This document shows positions 10,092 to 20,717 of a stretch of DNA of 64,000 nucleotides, in pieces; position 1 is the stretch's first letter, and the number at the start of each line of letters is the position of its first letter. The position numbers and the translations under genes were made by a program. Under the pieces are notes generated by a model that had not been told where the DNA came from, did no database searches, and saw only the letters and a list, made by a program, of their open reading frames with translations. The stretch lies in the IMG/VR virus record IMGVR_UViG_3300047562_003246, positions 96,001 through 160,000 of that record, one strand, 5' to 3'. This DNA comes from a virus.

Positions 10092-11090
10092 ATGCCAGGG
10101 GCACCACAAATTGCTAGAGTTCAATGGCCTAACCAAAATGCGTTAAGGCGATACCCTCTAGCAATCTCGGCTGATGGTGTTGCGATAGGTGAGAAGTTCC
10201 AAATACCTACGAGTACTTTCGTAGACGCTTTGATCGTTACCACCTTTGCTTCTAAATTACATTTCGCTGGATTTTTTATCAGCCAACTTACGATCGGGCG
10301 TGAAGCGTTTCAGTTGGCTATATCGCATGTTGACGAGGCTCTTCCTGTTGCGACAGTTTTTGGTCCAATGAATCTTACTGATGAAAATCAAGTACATACA
10401 CTCCGAGGAATTAACACACTATCAGGTACTAGAGGTTATTTAGTTACAGGCGACTTGAAACCTGTAGCTGAATTACCTCCTGGAACTTACAGCTTCACAC
10501 ACCAAAACGCAGCTTTTGATCCTGGAGTTATCTCTTGCGGCATCAGAGCTATACAAACTATTGGTGTTGAAGTTAGTGGTTCAAACGTTCAAGAGCTTAG
10601 CGGTAAAGTTGTGTTTCGGGCTGCAACCGGAACACAATTCAGAAAGATTGAAGAAGAGAATCGAACAGTTATCCTGTGGGACGCTATAGGTAACTCAGAT
10701 TTACAATCTGGGTGTGAGTGCGAAGACAGTGAATTAAATCCTATCTACACTGTTGGCGGATTACCGGGAGACGAAACCGGCGCGATTAATATTTTTGGAT
10801 CGAGATGCCTTGAAGTTCAATCCGAGTCAGCCGGTATTAATCTGACTAACTCTTGCTCGGAACCCTGCTGTGACTGTGCCGAAGATGACGGGTTGAACGA
10901 AAGATTGGACTTGCTTTATTCTCAGATTCTTACCATGGAAACACGCATCGCTACGCTAGAATCGAAGTACAGTCAAGTAGACGCACTTATCGAAGAAGCT
11001 AGTTGCGACGACGTACAGTGCCCTCCTTACGATCCAGAGACCGATGGGCCTTTGATCGACAGCTTCAAACTATCTGATCTAGTGGAATAA
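10092..11090 (+). CDS. Cys-rich tail-associated structural protein, paralogue 1
   Basis: N-terminal WPNQNALRRYPL; IYTVGG..G.INI segment; CSEPCCDC followed by a coiled coil. Confidence 0.5.
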   Translation: MPGAPQIARVQWPNQNALRRYPLAISADGVAIGEKFQIPTSTFVDALIVTTFASKLHFAGFFISQLTIGREAFQLAISHVDEALPVATVFGPMNLTDENQVHTLRGINTLSGTRGYLVTGDLKPVAELPPGTYSFTHQNAAFDPGVISCGIRAIQTIGVEVSGSNVQELSGKVVFRAATGTQFRKIEEENRTVILWDAIGNSDLQSGCECEDSELNPIYTVGGLPGDETGAINIFGSRCLEVQSESAGINLTNSCSEPCCDCAEDDGLNERLDLLYSQILTMETRIATLESKYSQVDALIEEASCDDVQCPPYDPETDGPLIDSFKLSDLVE

Positions 11091-12628
11091 TGAGTGGCTT
11101 ACGCTTTGGACCTGGCGCTGCAGATGGTTATCCGTTTTTATCTCGAAGTGACGCTGCTCAGGCTGCTTGCTTAGTTGATATCACAATCACATCTCGATAT
11201 CCGATTAACACCGGGTTTAGGCTCAACGCCATCGATCCGCTGCGGCGCAGGATCCTATTAACTTGCGAAGATCCAGACGTTCGTTTGGAGCTAGAAAACC
11301 CTGAAGTTAAACAACTAGGGGAATTGTTTTATTGGCAGTGGTACTTAGAAGACTACGCAATAGGCGTTGCTGTTGATCCTGGTAAGCCTAGTTTTGCAAA
11401 CGGTAGCCTAATGCTCGTAAGCCGCGTCATTAACTATCTGGGTGACGATGTTAATGAAATTGTTTTTGATACTGTCGACGGCGAAGTATCTTCGAATGAA
11501 AAGCCGTTAGTTTTGCGGCAAGGCTTTAATACTGAAATCAACGTAGATAATGAGCTAGTATCGATTGATGTAGCTCCTGGCCTTGGACAAGGAACAGTCA
11601 GTAACTGTTTTGATAACCAAACTAGAGTTATACGCAAGTTGGCTCAAGCCACCGCAAATACTTCAGGTAACGTTAATCTTCGCGGTGACGAATGCTTCCG
11701 CGTGCAACCTGAACTAATTAAGACAGGTAACGGATATACAGTAAGCCCTGGTCGATTCTACCTGCACGACGACTGCGAGCAATGTTGTAAGTGCGAAGAG
11801 AAAGCAGAAGTATGGCGATTCGCCAAACAAATGCAAGATCGACTTATTCCGCTTGTTGACAAATATCATGAACTTCGCGAAATATATCAAAACAAAGTCA
11901 AAAGTATCCAGGCTGGTAATGACTGTATCACTAGGCCGCTGCTTAATGCCGACTTGGTGCTGCAATCTAACAACGGTTTGTATCTTTACATTACAGTGTG
12001 TAACGGTGGGCTCGAAAGCCTAACCGATGTTGTTATATCTGTATCACCGCTGTACATCACGTCGCATCAATTTCGAAAAAAATATAAAGATGTAGACCCT
12101 GAGTTTTTCGAAGAAAATAAAGGCATCATTGAAATACCAGATGACAGCGTTGAATTCTTTAGTCTGCATGAACAAATCAGATACGCCCGTCATTTACAGA
12201 TGCTTGTGGGTCTTGGTAATTGTAAAGTAGGTCAAACCTATTCCGTAGGTAAAAAAGGGCACTTGAAGTTTCCTGGTGATGTGCTTTGTGTTGTTAGAGA
12301 TTTCGATCCGTTTAATTATGAGATAACAACTAAAGGCAAACAGTTTGAATTTTTTGCTGATGGCGGCATGGAGTTTAATTTTCACTGTATCGAGCCAGGA
12401 GATACACGGTATTTCACTGCACCTGTAGAATTCGCTATTCCTCTTATTGATATTTATAACAATGGAGAGCGATTAACAACAGGCGGAAAAATGACTCCTT
12501 TTGAACACAAAAAAATTGCTTTAATCGTGCATTCTCCGAGTCATCCTGAAATTAGCGTTTCTGTAAAAACTGCTACCGGAAGTTACATTCCGTGTATTCC
12601 CGATCCACTTGAAGAAGATAACGAATGA
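11090..12628 (+). CDS. Cys-rich tail-associated structural protein, paralogue 2
   Basis: N-terminal DGYPF..LVDITI; IRKL..GNVNL segment; CEQCCKC followed by a coiled coil. Confidence 0.5.
   Translation: MSGLRFGPGAADGYPFLSRSDAAQAACLVDITITSRYPINTGFRLNAIDPLRRRILLTCEDPDVRLELENPEVKQLGELFYWQWYLEDYAIGVAVDPGKPSFANGSLMLVSRVINYLGDDVNEIVFDTVDGEVSSNEKPLVLRQGFNTEINVDNELVSIDVAPGLGQGTVSNCFDNQTRVIRKLAQATANTSGNVNLRGDECFRVQPELIKTGNGYTVSPGRFYLHDDCEQCCKCEEKAEVWRFAKQMQDRLIPLVDKYHELREIYQNKVKSIQAGNDCITRPLLNADLVLQSNNGLYLYITVCNGGLESLTDVVISVSPLYITSHQFRKKYKDVDPEFFEENKGIIEIPDDSVEFFSLHEQIRYARHLQMLVGLGNCKVGQTYSVGKKGHLKFPGDVLCVVRDFDPFNYEITTKGKQFEFFADGGMEFNFHCIEPGDTRYFTAPVEFAIPLIDIYNNGERLTTGGKMTPFEHKKIALIVHSPSHPEISVSVKTATGSYIPCIPDPLEEDNE
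11245..11258 (+). repeat. dispersed motif, 13/14 variant GCGCAGGATCCTAT
   Basis: In CDS 11090..12628, read as R-R-I-L. Confidence 0.75.
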
Positions 12629-13479
12629 ATACTGGTATAACAAACGTACGTGGTTGGCAAAATGACCAGGAAAGTCAGATCTATCCTTTGTTGCGGGCTT
12701 ACGACGTACCAAGAGCTTTACTAACGGACTTGTCTATAGCTGCGGAAGACGAGAACATTTTCATCGATACGCTTTACTGTGGCGATGGTCAGGTCTCTTT
12801 AATCTTGAGTGACTCGTCGGGAGTCGCAGCAGCACTGACAGTAGAAAATCCAGTACGAGGCGAGGTATACACGGTTGTCGATACTCGTTGTATGTTCTCT
12901 GTTAGTTTTGGACAAGCTGCTATCGAAGGGACGTATCGTAATAAAGAAAAACTATTTGTTTCACCGCAGTGTATCCATGTAACTGTCAGAAGTAACTTCG
13001 CAGTTTTCAGACAGGGTGGCCTTCCTTTAAATTCCCCGTTAAAGCTGACAGGTTCAAACGATATTTCCGTACGGTTAGGCTTCATGGACGAAGCTCAGAC
13101 AGAGCAAGCGTTATTTTTGTCGCTAAATACACAAGATGCAGGTATAGACGTACACGATAAGTACTTAGGATCCTGCGACCGCAGACCTGTCAGTCAAAAT
13201 TGCGAAGGCAATCAACCTATCAAAACTTTAAGTGGTGTTCCAAGCGATTGCTGCAACACGATATACATCGAGCTTCAGGGTGTATCGATCGCGCCGCTTA
13301 ATAACTACTGCGGTATCGCCATAGAGTCCGAGTTTACGCTGAAAGAGTCATGCCCAGCTCGGACGTTGACTAGCATAGTAGAAAGATCCGAAGAAGATTG
13401 TGAAAAAACAGACGAAGACGAATCAGACGATGTCGAGCAAGACGGCGCACCTGAAGGCGAAGAACCATTAACCAGCTAA
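12625..13479 (+). CDS. Cys-rich tail-associated structural protein, paralogue 3
   Basis: N-terminal WQNDQESQIYPL..LLTDLSI; PIKTLSGV segment. Confidence 0.5.
   Translation: MNTGITNVRGWQNDQESQIYPLLRAYDVPRALLTDLSIAAEDENIFIDTLYCGDGQVSLILSDSSGVAAALTVENPVRGEVYTVVDTRCMFSVSFGQAAIEGTYRNKEKLFVSPQCIHVTVRSNFAVFRQGGLPLNSPLKLTGSNDISVRLGFMDEAQTEQALFLSLNTQDAGIDVHDKYLGSCDRRPVSQNCEGNQPIKTLSGVPSDCCNTIYIELQGVSIAPLNNYCGIAIESEFTLKESCPARTLTSIVERSEEDCEKTDEDESDDVEQDGAPEGEEPLTS
13165..13178 (-). repeat. dispersed motif, 12/14 variant
   Basis: Plus strand TTAGGATCCTGCGA, read as L-G-S-C-D. Confidence 0.65.
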
Positions 13480-13486
13480 TTCGGCC

Positions 13487-14284
13487 ATGCCACTTAATAC
13501 ATCTACCTTTGCATCGCCGCAGTGGCGAAATCAAAACGAATCCAGCAAGTATCCATTTACCGACGCTTCAAGTCTGACAATAGCTGGATTGTTCGACCTA
13601 CCGGTATCTGTCTTTGTTGATGCTAGGATATTTATCCCTGGATTAGTTGGCGTAGCTAGTTTACTTTCGGTCGACGTGAGCATTGATTATGTCACGCTGA
13701 CTGTAGGTAACCAATCAGACCCGAATATCATCGGCATTGCGACCATTCGAACTGATGATCCTGCAGAAGTCGTTTCACTTCGAACAGTTAGCGGTAATGT
13801 GTGCGGTACGTTGGTAGCGGGTGTTAGTAGATGGGCGGAATTAATCGCGTTACCTGTGGGTAACTATACGTTTATTGCTGGTACTGCAGATTTTCTTCCA
13901 GCAGTCACTGTGATGGTACCGCTAACGTCGGAAAAACTTTTAGGTCCAGGCGGTGAATCACTTGGAGACATAATTCGCTTGGTCGGAGAAAACGGAGTCA
14001 GACTCGATTGTCAGTCTGACGACAACAGTACGGTGATTCATGTTCATGCTGTGGGCGATCCGCTATATAGAATCACTGAGTGCAACGTAGAAGTAGCTAT
14101 CGCCAGTCGTGTTATTGAAAACGTAGTATTTCAAAGCGGCGATACAACCGTGCAATGCTCGCCGGATCAACTTGGCAGGATCTTTATACTACCTGCTACT
14201 TACTCACAGCAAGATGTTGCTTTGCGAGTTATTACCACAACAGGCGGTATACGCTTTGCATTGGCAGGAAAAACATTGAGGTAA
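13487..14284 (+). CDS. tail-associated structural protein, paralogue 4
   Basis: N-terminal WRNQNESSKYPF..VFVDARI. Confidence 0.5.
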   Translation: MPLNTSTFASPQWRNQNESSKYPFTDASSLTIAGLFDLPVSVFVDARIFIPGLVGVASLLSVDVSIDYVTLTVGNQSDPNIIGIATIRTDDPAEVVSLRTVSGNVCGTLVAGVSRWAELIALPVGNYTFIAGTADFLPAVTVMVPLTSEKLLGPGGESLGDIIRLVGENGVRLDCQSDDNSTVIHVHAVGDPLYRITECNVEVAIASRVIENVVFQSGDTTVQCSPDQLGRIFILPATYSQQDVALRVITTTGGIRFALAGKTLR

Positions 14285-14286
14285 TT

Positions 14287-15864
14287 ATGTTGTCTGCAGA
14301 TAACTTGGGTCGGGCTTATCCGTTTGTTTTTAATCCAACTATACCTTTACCTCCGGATAGCGCGATAGCCGACATAGACGCTATCGTTTACTCATCTAAA
14401 TTTGAACCGGCGATACATCCTATAATAGTTACGAGTATCTCGTTAACAAGATTAACTCTTGTTGTTCCGAGCCTTACAAACGAAACGATTACCTGCAACA
14501 TTGAAGACGGTATATGGGTTGTTACCTCCAATCAGTTGCTAAAAATAAGAGTGCTTGCAGGAAGAAGAGAGGCAAGACAGCAATTGTGGAATGGCCAAGC
14601 TGTTATTGAACCAGCAAGAATTGTCGTAATACCCGGCGCAAACCAAAGCATTGAAGTCTACAACAAGACCCGCACAAGAATGCCTGCTTTAGCTGGTTGT
14701 TTAGATTACGCTTTTGTAGACGATGTACAACCTACCTACGTCAAGCAATGCGATATTACAACGGGTGAAGTGGTACTTGCTGGTGGGTTTTCTAGTCGTG
14801 TTTTTCAGTACGACGCAAGCAACGAGTTAACCGTATTTGGTGACCCTGAAGGTGGAGAGGCTGGAAAGCCTTGTACCGGTCAAGTATCTTTATATTCTGG
14901 AGATGTGATTCCAGCTGGTAGAGACACACTAGACGGCGCACCACGATGTTCTGATGTTGTTAGAAGCATCAACGGTGTTAGTGTTGATAACTTTCAATTC
15001 GAAGCGGGTACAGGAGTCACTGTATTTGCACAGCCAGAAAAGAGCAGGGTTACTGTAAGACTTGACGGAGCTGGTTCGGCTATATGTCCTTTTCCTGAAA
15101 TACAGAGAGCACCATGTCCTCCCGGCCCAGACTATCCGTGTGGACCTGTTGTACCTACGGATTACTGTCCTGACGAGCCGGACGACCTAGCAAGTCTGCG
15201 AGTCAGAGGTACTATTCCTCCAATAGACTCGCTGCCTATCATCGGTCCTAGGGGAGGTACAAAAAATTTTACGGACAAATGCAAAGAGCTGCCTGAACAT
15301 CTAGAATTTCTAGCGCAAAGAGGCTGCGTCCCTGCTTTAGCTGTTTATGATTCGCAGGGTTGGAGGTTCACAAAACGTTGTCGATCTGCTTGCGATGCTA
15401 GCTTACCTACTGACAACGCAAAAATTGGCGATGAAAGAACCATACCGTGTGAATATGCTCCGCCTGACACAACAATAGGCGTGCGTAATAACCTGTTCAC
15501 AGGCTTCAAGTTTTGGGGTATAACAGGCTCGCCCGATATCATACAGTCTCACGCACAGCTTACTGCTGCCGATTTACCAGCTGTCAGAATTACTACCGGA
15601 CAAGCTGTTTATCAAACTCAAATATCTGTGGGGCATGATTCTGCACTCAGCTTTCGATTCATGGGTGAGCTTAGATTGTCTATTGTGGTTTTAGGTAAAC
15701 TGTGTGTAGACGTGTTACTCAACTCACCTTCAGGACCATCAGATTACGTTAGTGACTTTGTTGTGCCCGCTCATCGGGAAATAGCTATTCATTTCTCGGT
15801 AGAAGTCGGTAACAAATACGCTATCGTTTCTATGCCGTTCTTGGCTGCCATAGAATCACCATGA
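14287..15864 (+). CDS. Cys/Pro-rich tail-associated structural protein, paralogue 5
   Basis: ORF 14155..15864; ATG at 14287 follows the upstream stop; [15 protein letters not shown]; VRSINGV fibre-type motif. Confidence 0.5.
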   Translation: MLSADNLGRAYPFVFNPTIPLPPDSAIADIDAIVYSSKFEPAIHPIIVTSISLTRLTLVVPSLTNETITCNIEDGIWVVTSNQLLKIRVLAGRREARQQLWNGQAVIEPARIVVIPGANQSIEVYNKTRTRMPALAGCLDYAFVDDVQPTYVKQCDITTGEVVLAGGFSSRVFQYDASNELTVFGDPEGGEAGKPCTGQVSLYSGDVIPAGRDTLDGAPRCSDVVRSINGVSVDNFQFEAGTGVTVFAQPEKSRVTVRLDGAGSAICPFPEIQRAPCPPGPDYPCGPVVPTDYCPDEPDDLASLRVRGTIPPIDSLPIIGPRGGTKNFTDKCKELPEHLEFLAQRGCVPALAVYDSQGWRFTKRCRSACDASLPTDNAKIGDERTIPCEYAPPDTTIGVRNNLFTGFKFWGITGSPDIIQSHAQLTAADLPAVRITTGQAVYQTQISVGHDSALSFRFMGELRLSIVVLGKLCVDVLLNSPSGPSDYVSDFVVPAHREIAIHFSVEVGNKYAIVSMPFLAAIESP

Positions 15865-18401
15865 ATAAGATTGTTTTGTTCGAAGCTAGCTGGGGTGCTG
15901 GCGGTGGAACAACTTGGAGCATCACTGACGGACTGAGCATCAAACTTGAGTTGCAACCGTTGCCGTTTGATCTCGGTGAAAACGGTTCTGGACCTAATGA
16001 AAACGGCGTATTCTGTGTCAAACTGAAAGGTAAATATCCTGTCTTAAATAATTTCGTAGAAAGATCTCTCGATATAGCTTGCCAGTTAGAAGGTCAGTCT
16101 ACGCTTGTTGAAAGTATTGTTAGCGTGCGAGCCTATAACTACGGCTTGCTTGCTATCGTCAATACACCAGCAACCAAAGCAGGATCTGTAAGGTCTGTTC
16201 GAATTGAAAGAATCAATTCTGCTGAATTTAAAATGTATTTTTATTTCAGCGTGTCTACTAGCTCGGAGGATACAGATGGTGATGAAGATCCGCCGATTGA
16301 TCCTCCGACTGATCCGGTCGAATGCTCGACAGTTATTCAACTAGGTAGACAGGATTGCGGTCAGATCGAAGTCTGTGACTTGGTGCAGATTGACTTTGGT
16401 AGTTGTTACCTTGAAGAGCCTCCCGTTAGACGCGAGACGTGTTCTGCTATTTTTCCTGTCGGTCCAATGTCGGCACCACCTCCGCCTCCTTCAGAACCTG
16501 GACCACCTGGACCGCCCGGTGATACTGGCCCTGCGGGTCCTGCTGGTCCTGCTGGTCCCGCTGGTCCTGCCGGTCCTGCTGGTCCTGCTGGTCCACAAGG
16601 CCCTGCCGGTCCTGCTGGTCCCGCTGGCCCTGCCGGTCCACAAGGTCCCGCTGGTCCTACTGGTCCGCAAGGTCCTCCAGGACCTGGAGGCTGTACGCCC
16701 TTTGTCTATGTGTTTGGTCAGGTTAGGCACGTTCAAGAGTGCCCTACTCCGCCTATAACAATTAATGTCTACCCGATTCCAGAATGTAATTGGATCATTG
16801 TTTACACTTATTACGTATGTCCCGGCGGATACGGTGGTGGAGGCTGTTGCGATCTAATCTGTTGTGACGGAATCTACATACCCTATAACACTACGACAGC
16901 CGTATCTTTAGCGACACAGAACGTAGCTAACGATAGTCGGTTTATAAAAGAAACGTATCCGACGATGCATGCGGATAGACCGGGTTCTTTATCAATGCCG
17001 TGGTTCATTGGGTTCAAGCAAAGACCCGATGATCCGTATAACTGCGACCCGTGCGATATCGCTAGTCCTGCATATAATCCTCGATACTGCATCGAATGCA
17101 AAGATCCAAATAATGCTCCGGATTACTGCCGAGAATGTGATCCTTGCTCGGGAGAACCTATAGACGATAGAACCTGCGGACCATGTAATCCAGAGTGGGA
17201 AGGTTATGAAGCGGAAAAGTGTTACCCAGGTAATCCGTTTGGTTATGTTTTCTTACTAACAACTGACTTTGACAATAGAGATACCACAAGTATTCCAATA
17301 GATTACAACGTTCGAATTGCGCAGGATCCTACGATTTATCCAGCTACGCTGACACCTGGGCAGTGCGATGCGATTACTAATCCTGATGATCTTGTCGCAG
17401 AGTGTTGTGATCCTGCCGGGTATTACGTCGATCTTTGCTGTGACACGCAAATTTATTACTCGCCAGAGCGATGTTACGATCCCTGTGCCGACGACCCTAC
17501 TTCTCCAGGATGCCCAGAAGAACCTGATCCTCCAGTGGATCCTTGCTTGGATGTCGGTACTATTTCGTGCACACAAGAAGGCCAAATGCTGACAATATGT
17601 GAATGCCCAGGTGAGTGCATCGGAGAATGCAGCTGGGCATCTGCACAAACTACAGAGTACGGCGAAACTGTGTTTTACTGGGTCAATTCTGATGATCCGT
17701 GTGCACAAGATTGTGATTGTCCTTATCCAGGAACAGCGCCGACAGGGCTCGGCCAGACGGCAACAACTATTTGCGGAGATACACCGCAGCCGTGCGACAT
17801 GGTTTGTGAGTGGGTGACCGAACTTAGTAACAACGAGCCTACATGGTCATTGCCTGTAGATCCGTGTGATCCTAGTTGTCCTTGTCCTGCTCCTCCGAGG
17901 TTACCTTCTTCTTCAGAAGCTGGTCTTGTGTATTACACAGACTGTGGTGGTACTCCAGAGATAGATTGTGTCAACGGTTATTGCCAATACGAAGCCAATG
18001 CTAGTTCGCAGTGGGAGCTTATTTATAGTTCTTGTGGTGCGCTATCTTGTCCGTGTGAAGAGCCGCTAAGTCCACCTAGCGGTCCTGGCGATACTGTTAC
18101 GACTAACTGCGGAACGGTATCCAGTGGTACTTGTTGTGACGGTGAGACACCTAATACGCCGTGCGATCCAAGTGACTCAGATATAGGTGTGATATGTCTC
18201 GACCCAGACACAAGCGAAAACTGTAACTGCACTTATACGTGCGAAAATGGTCAATGGGTAGTTGCGAATGCAGACTGTGGTGGAGGAGGTGGCCCAGGAC
18301 CGCTGTCTGTATACGACGACGTAGATACTTCACAGCCGTCTCCTTTTGTCGAGATGAATAGTCTATTTGAATCCGTGAAAGAAGAAATAAAAAACTTATA
18401 A
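15861..18401 (+). CDS. collagen-repeat, cysteine-rich putative tail fibre/adhesin
   Basis: 846 aa with about 21 uninterrupted Gly-X-Y triplets and repeated C-x-W..W..C..C-x-C-P..G..T-x-CG modules. Confidence 0.65.
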   Translation: MNKIVLFEASWGAGGGTTWSITDGLSIKLELQPLPFDLGENGSGPNENGVFCVKLKGKYPVLNNFVERSLDIACQLEGQSTLVESIVSVRAYNYGLLAIVNTPATKAGSVRSVRIERINSAEFKMYFYFSVSTSSEDTDGDEDPPIDPPTDPVECSTVIQLGRQDCGQIEVCDLVQIDFGSCYLEEPPVRRETCSAIFPVGPMSAPPPPPSEPGPPGPPGDTGPAGPAGPAGPAGPAGPAGPAGPQGPAGPAGPAGPAGPQGPAGPTGPQGPPGPGGCTPFVYVFGQVRHVQECPTPPITINVYPIPECNWIIVYTYYVCPGGYGGGGCCDLICCDGIYIPYNTTTAVSLATQNVANDSRFIKETYPTMHADRPGSLSMPWFIGFKQRPDDPYNCDPCDIASPAYNPRYCIECKDPNNAPDYCRECDPCSGEPIDDRTCGPCNPEWEGYEAEKCYPGNPFGYVFLLTTDFDNRDTTSIPIDYNVRIAQDPTIYPATLTPGQCDAITNPDDLVAECCDPAGYYVDLCCDTQIYYSPERCYDPCADDPTSPGCPEEPDPPVDPCLDVGTISCTQEGQMLTICECPGECIGECSWASAQTTEYGETVFYWVNSDDPCAQDCDCPYPGTAPTGLGQTATTICGDTPQPCDMVCEWVTELSNNEPTWSLPVDPCDPSCPCPAPPRLPSSSEAGLVYYTDCGGTPEIDCVNGYCQYEANASSQWELIYSSCGALSCPCEEPLSPPSGPGDTVTTNCGTVSSGTCCDGETPNTPCDPSDSDIGVICLDPDTSENCNCTYTCENGQWVVANADCGGGGGPGPLSVYDDVDTSQPSPFVEMNSLFESVKEEIKNL
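16500..16688 (+). repeat. 9-bp tandem repeat encoding collagen (GPA/GPQ/GPP)n
   Basis: GGTCCTGCT/GGTCCCGCT/GGCCCTGCC units, read directly. Confidence 0.95.
17319..17332 (+). repeat. dispersed motif, exact copy
   Basis: In the collagen gene, read as A-Q-D-P-T. Confidence 0.9.
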
Positions 18402-18412
18402 AGGATGTTACC

Positions 18413-18790
18413 GTGCGATCTATTAGACTCACTTTCGACGTAGCCGAAGCGCCTTACACTAACGTTGACAGAGTTTTTCACAGGCTAACGTGTACAGCCA
18501 GCGAGGCGGTTAATATTCCTGCTGAAGTTTTTGTGGTGGATACTTCGTTAGTTGAAGGCAAAGAAATCTATATGTACCCGGCCACACCGGCTGATCTACA
18601 GAACATCGGTGTAGACAATCCTACAGCTGACGGTTTGCTCAGAGTACTGGCGATCTCGATAGACTTGGATAACATGAACCAAGTCGACGAGTTCAAGGCG
18701 TCAATTCAAGCCAGGGTAGCCCTGCTTATTGATACGCTCAATAGACTCGACGAAACTGATGAATCTTTTTCTGTTGTCATAGGTGAGTGA
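18413..18790 (+). CDS. hypothetical protein
   Basis: 125 aa ORF with GTG start, coupled to the next gene. Confidence 0.6.
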   Translation: MRSIRLTFDVAEAPYTNVDRVFHRLTCTASEAVNIPAEVFVVDTSLVEGKEIYMYPATPADLQNIGVDNPTADGLLRVLAISIDLDNMNQVDEFKASIQARVALLIDTLNRLDETDESFSVVIGE

Positions 18791-19095
18791 TGGCTACGTT
18801 CGTTTTGAGCAACGAAGAACTACTGCGAAAACTTGTTTACAATCCGAATGCTGTTTCCGCGTTTTCATTTTTAAAAACGCTTCAAGCCGCAGCACCACCT
18901 GCGGGGTGCCCAAGTTGTGTTCGTAAGAAGTACGAAGGCGGGTTTAGAAAAGCAGCGGAACAGACTAAGCTGCATATTGTAAACATGAGTCAAGACGATA
19001 TACTTCGACTCAAAGAATTTCTTGGTGTGTCAGCTGACACACAGGTTATCGTTTGGTATTTACATAACAACAAGACAGAAAAAAAGGTACTGTGA
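18787..19095 (+). CDS. hypothetical protein with CxxC
   Basis: 102 aa, GCPSC motif, GTGA overlaps at both ends. Confidence 0.6.
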   Translation: MMATFVLSNEELLRKLVYNPNAVSAFSFLKTLQAAAPPAGCPSCVRKKYEGGFRKAAEQTKLHIVNMSQDDILRLKEFLGVSADTQVIVWYLHNNKTEKKVL

Positions 19096-19520
19096 TGTTG
19101 CACGTTGAAAAATTTGACAAGCAGACCAATGCGTTGATCATCTTTAGCGATCTGCCGTCGCTAGAAGAACAAATGACCGAACTACGGTCGCCGGGTGTTC
19201 AAGACATTGCATATGACTACTGCAATAAAAACGGAATCAACATCGATGGCATTCGTGATACATCTGGACGCGACGTTAAATTTTTTGACAAACAAACAAT
19301 GCAGCCTATTCGATTGGTGCAGGCACTTAGCGCTGACGAAAAAAGAAAAGGCGCAGATTCTAATGTGATTGTTCGCAGATTGATTACACTAGCAGTCAGC
19401 TCAGTGGGTCCATCCTCACTGTCTCAGTTGCTAGGTAACAAGTACGGAACAACGACGAATGTTAAAGAACCAGTTCCCGCAGAAGTCGGCAGCACTAGGA
19501 AGACCAAATCCAAGAAGTGA
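19092..19520 (+). CDS. hypothetical protein
   Basis: 142 aa ORF with GTGA coupling. Confidence 0.6.
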   Translation: MMLHVEKFDKQTNALIIFSDLPSLEEQMTELRSPGVQDIAYDYCNKNGINIDGIRDTSGRDVKFFDKQTMQPIRLVQALSADEKRKGADSNVIVRRLITLAVSSVGPSSLSQLLGNKYGTTTNVKEPVPAEVGSTRKTKSKK

Positions 19521-20136
19521 TGTTTACGCTGCTTTAACAAATCCCGAGTCATACGGGATGACTCTTTTTACTGCTGTAGCACAGATCATTGATATCGGCG
19601 AATTGAGTCAAATGTCTTTCGACTCAATTCTGATGGAGATCGAAGACGAGGTTAAAGTAGACCTGAGCGATACACGCAACGGTCTACGCTTGCAAGCCGC
19701 AGTTAGCTTAATGTTTACGCCTTCGATGTTCTACGAAGACGTTACTGGTTTCGAGGATATCTGCAACGCGTTATCGTTTCAAGATATCGATCCGGATGTA
19801 TACGACCCAGCAGAGCCTGACGAAATGGCTTGGGCTATCGCTGAAGCAAAGATCATGGATCCACCTGATCCAAACGAAATGCGATGGTCAACGGATGTGC
19901 GGCTCTACATGGGAACAGCCCTATCGTACTTTGGCGTCCCAAGACCGCCGGTGGGTATGGACGCTGCAATTTACCCAGATCAGTCGGTAAACCCGGCTAT
20001 GCTACTTGCAGACGAACCGGATTTAGTGTCTGCTGTATACGAGCTGCAATCCTCTATTACGCAGCAGATCAATCAATCTGTGCAGGAGCAGCTTCGTGTG
20101 TTGTATTCTCAGTTACAGGTGTTTAGTAAGGAATAG
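19459..20136 (+). CDS. hypothetical acidic protein
   Basis: 225 aa ORF; start could be the ATG at 19558. Confidence 0.6.
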   Translation: MLKNQFPQKSAALGRPNPRSDVYAALTNPESYGMTLFTAVAQIIDIGELSQMSFDSILMEIEDEVKVDLSDTRNGLRLQAAVSLMFTPSMFYEDVTGFEDICNALSFQDIDPDVYDPAEPDEMAWAIAEAKIMDPPDPNEMRWSTDVRLYMGTALSYFGVPRPPVGMDAAIYPDQSVNPAMLLADEPDLVSAVYELQSSITQQINQSVQEQLRVLYSQLQVFSKE

Positions 20137-20139
20137 ACA

Positions 20140-20709
20140 ATGACTGAATCTGCGGTAGGTAATCAGTATGTCAATCTAGTTGGGCTTGGTGCTTCCATGG
20201 ACGAGAAGGCTAGAATCGAACTTTTGAGTGCGTCCACTTGTATGTACGATATTCTCAACCATAGAGAATATTCTCCGAGTATTCCTATTCTCGTTGATGG
20301 GCTGCAGGCGAGCTATCGAACGTTGTGCGATAAGCGAAATAAGTGGCATGATTTCAAACTACATTTCATGTTCACCGAGCGACGTATTGAGCTGGGTGCC
20401 CACACCGAAGTCTACTCCCACTTGCCTTATCAAGGGGCAGGAACGCAAGACGTAAAAGAAAGTGACGAAGAGCTGTTCGGATGTTTCCGTACAGGCTTAG
20501 TATCCTTGCTAAACTCGAACCAGTCGAACATGAAAGAAGCGTTCGAATTTTTGTGCAAGCATACCTATCCGGCTATGACTCGCTGGAGATTCAAGTACAG
20601 CAATCGTTATCGTGGTGTCCCGATATTCACGATAACAGCTAAAGACATCCGTGTCTTTGGATTTGAGACTAGGCGATACGACAAGCCGCTTGTAATCGCC
20701 GCTGCTTAA
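20140..20709 (+). CDS. hypothetical protein
   Basis: 189 aa ORF followed by an intrinsic terminator. Confidence 0.6.
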   Translation: MTESAVGNQYVNLVGLGASMDEKARIELLSASTCMYDILNHREYSPSIPILVDGLQASYRTLCDKRNKWHDFKLHFMFTERRIELGAHTEVYSHLPYQGAGTQDVKESDEELFGCFRTGLVSLLNSNQSNMKEAFEFLCKHTYPAMTRWRFKYSNRYRGVPIFTITAKDIRVFGFETRRYDKPLVIAAA

Positions 20710-20717
20710 TTCTTCAC

